A stretch of DNA of 64,000 nucleotides from an uncultured Eubacteriales bacterium (GTDB lineage: Bacteria > Bacillota > Clostridia > Oscillospirales > UBA644). The position numbers and the translations under genes are program-made. Shown in pieces: positions 63,051 through 64,000 of this stretch. The notes beneath the pieces were generated by a model, which worked only from the letters and a program-made list of their open reading frames with translations, did not search any database and was not told where the DNA came from. The stretch's first letter is position 1. The number at the start of each line of letters is the position of its first letter. The stretch covers positions 10,503-74,502 of the forward strand of contig CAKSFN010000006.1 in assembly GCA_934454405.1 (NCBI GenBank), in the 5' to 3' direction.

Positions 63051-63989
63051 ATGAACAATAATTATTCTCAGATCCGGGAATTGCTTCATCAGAAAGCGGA
63101 TTTTCAGGCGAGATTAAATCTTATTCCGTATGACGGCTCTCCCGAGGTCAAAGAAACGGACGGAAAAAAATATCTGTATGTTCGCAAAAGGGTCGGTTCG
63201 CGGCTTGTTTCAAAGTATGTCGGAGTGTATTCCGACGAATTGTATCAGCTGCTTCTTCGGAATACCCGTGACGCAAAAGAATTCAGAAAAAATATCCGCA
63301 AACTTGACAGGGAGCTTGCTGTTCTCGGATATTCGAATGCCGAGATCTCTCCGAGAGTACAGCTGAATTTGGATTTTGCAAGGGTCAATATGAAATCCAG
63401 CATTTACGATCAGGCAGTACTTGAAGGTGTTGCGACGAGCTTTCCGCAAACCGAGGATATTATTGAAAACGGCGCGGTAAACGGTATGACGGCGAGCGAT
63501 GTTCAGAAGATACTGAATCTTAAACACGCGTGGGAGTTTATCCTTGACCCCGACGTTATCTGCTATCCGTCGGATTATTCCATTCTCTGCCATATCGCAA
63601 ACCTTGTCAACGAGGGCTTTTTTCAGAACGGCGGACGCATACGCGGCGTTCCCGTAACGATAGGCGGCACGGGTTATGTTCCGCCGTTGCCTGTCGAAAC
63701 GGTTGTAAAGGAGAATATAGCAGAGATTCTTCAAGCGGATATTCCGTCCGACGAAAAGGCGATAAATCTGTGTCTTTATTGCATGAAGACGCAGATATTC
63801 AACGACGGCAACAAACGGGCGTCCGTCATTTTTGCAAATCATTATCTCATTTCGCAGGGCGGCGGTCTTCTCATTATTCCCGAAAAAAATGTGCCTGATT
63901 TCAAAAAAATGCTCATAAATTACTATGAGGATAAGGACGGCGGCGAGATAACGGACTTTATGAAGAGGCTGTGCATAAGGACATTTTAG
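63051..63989 (+). CDS. Fic/Doc-fold protein with non-canonical motif (Q in place of catalytic H)
   Basis: The motif region reads TQIFNDGNKRASV where Fic/Doc proteins have HxFx(D/N)GN(G/K)R. Start at MNNNYSQ, 5 nt after GGAGG; the track ORF begins 12 nt earlier. Confidence 0.7.
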   Translation: MNNNYSQIRELLHQKADFQARLNLIPYDGSPEVKETDGKKYLYVRKRVGSRLVSKYVGVYSDELYQLLLRNTRDAKEFRKNIRKLDRELAVLGYSNAEISPRVQLNLDFARVNMKSSIYDQAVLEGVATSFPQTEDIIENGAVNGMTASDVQKILNLKHAWEFILDPDVICYPSDYSILCHIANLVNEGFFQNGGRIRGVPVTIGGTGYVPPLPVETVVKENIAEILQADIPSDEKAINLCLYCMKTQIFNDGNKRASVIFANHYLISQGGGLLIIPEKNVPDFKKMLINYYEDKDGGEITDFMKRLCIRTF

Positions 63990-64000
63990 AAAAAGGGGAA

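Noticed and set aside
61261-64000. Prophage or integrative element inserted at the tRNA cluster
   Set aside because: The setting is suggestive: a tRNA-His 3'-end mimic, Fic and TA-like genes. But no integrase, recombinase or phage structural gene is present in the window, and it ends at 64000, so an island cannot be delimited.

Overview
This is a 64-kb chromosomal window from a GC-rich, endospore-forming Firmicute. It looks Clostridia-like, an inference from sigG, remA, a PASTA kinase and gene order. Housekeeping backbone: sigG; addB-addA; nadE; rnhB; the block yicC-remA-gmk-rpoZ-priA-def-fmt-(Zn peptidase)-rlmN-stp-prkC-rsgA-thiN; an HtrA-like protease; an etfB-etfA-FAD-oxidase (lactate-dehydrogenase-type) operon; and a tRNA-Gly(TCC)/Arg(TCT)/His(GTG) operon. 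Accessory content: three tandem WG-repeat lipoprotein paralogues, an orphan PstS-like lipoprotein, M64 and C11 peptidases, a two-gene chromate transporter, and Phd/Doc. It also holds an HTH + nucleotidyltransferase pair, a Fic protein with an altered active-site motif, and three solitary AAA-ATPase/PD-(D/E)xK proteins. The most unusual signal is non-coding: several families of hairpin-dense repeats whose hairpins differ in sequence between copies but stay paired. (1) A tandem array of ~205-bp units at 43.4-44.15 kb. (2) Dispersed relatives of its two-hairpin core beside the chromate transporter genes; one sits in a 565-bp insertion that splits the chrA pair and is bracketed by a ~70-bp duplication of the chrA 5' end. 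(3) Three copies of a 161-nt cloverleaf-like element just after tRNA-His, whose ends imitate the tRNA-His 3' end. (4) A homologous ~275-bp insert nested inside one copy of each of two different host repeats. I cannot assign these to any RNA or mobile-element family I know. No CRISPR array, rRNA, transposase, integrase or reverse transcriptase was seen. All family names for proteins come from motif recognition by eye, not from searches.
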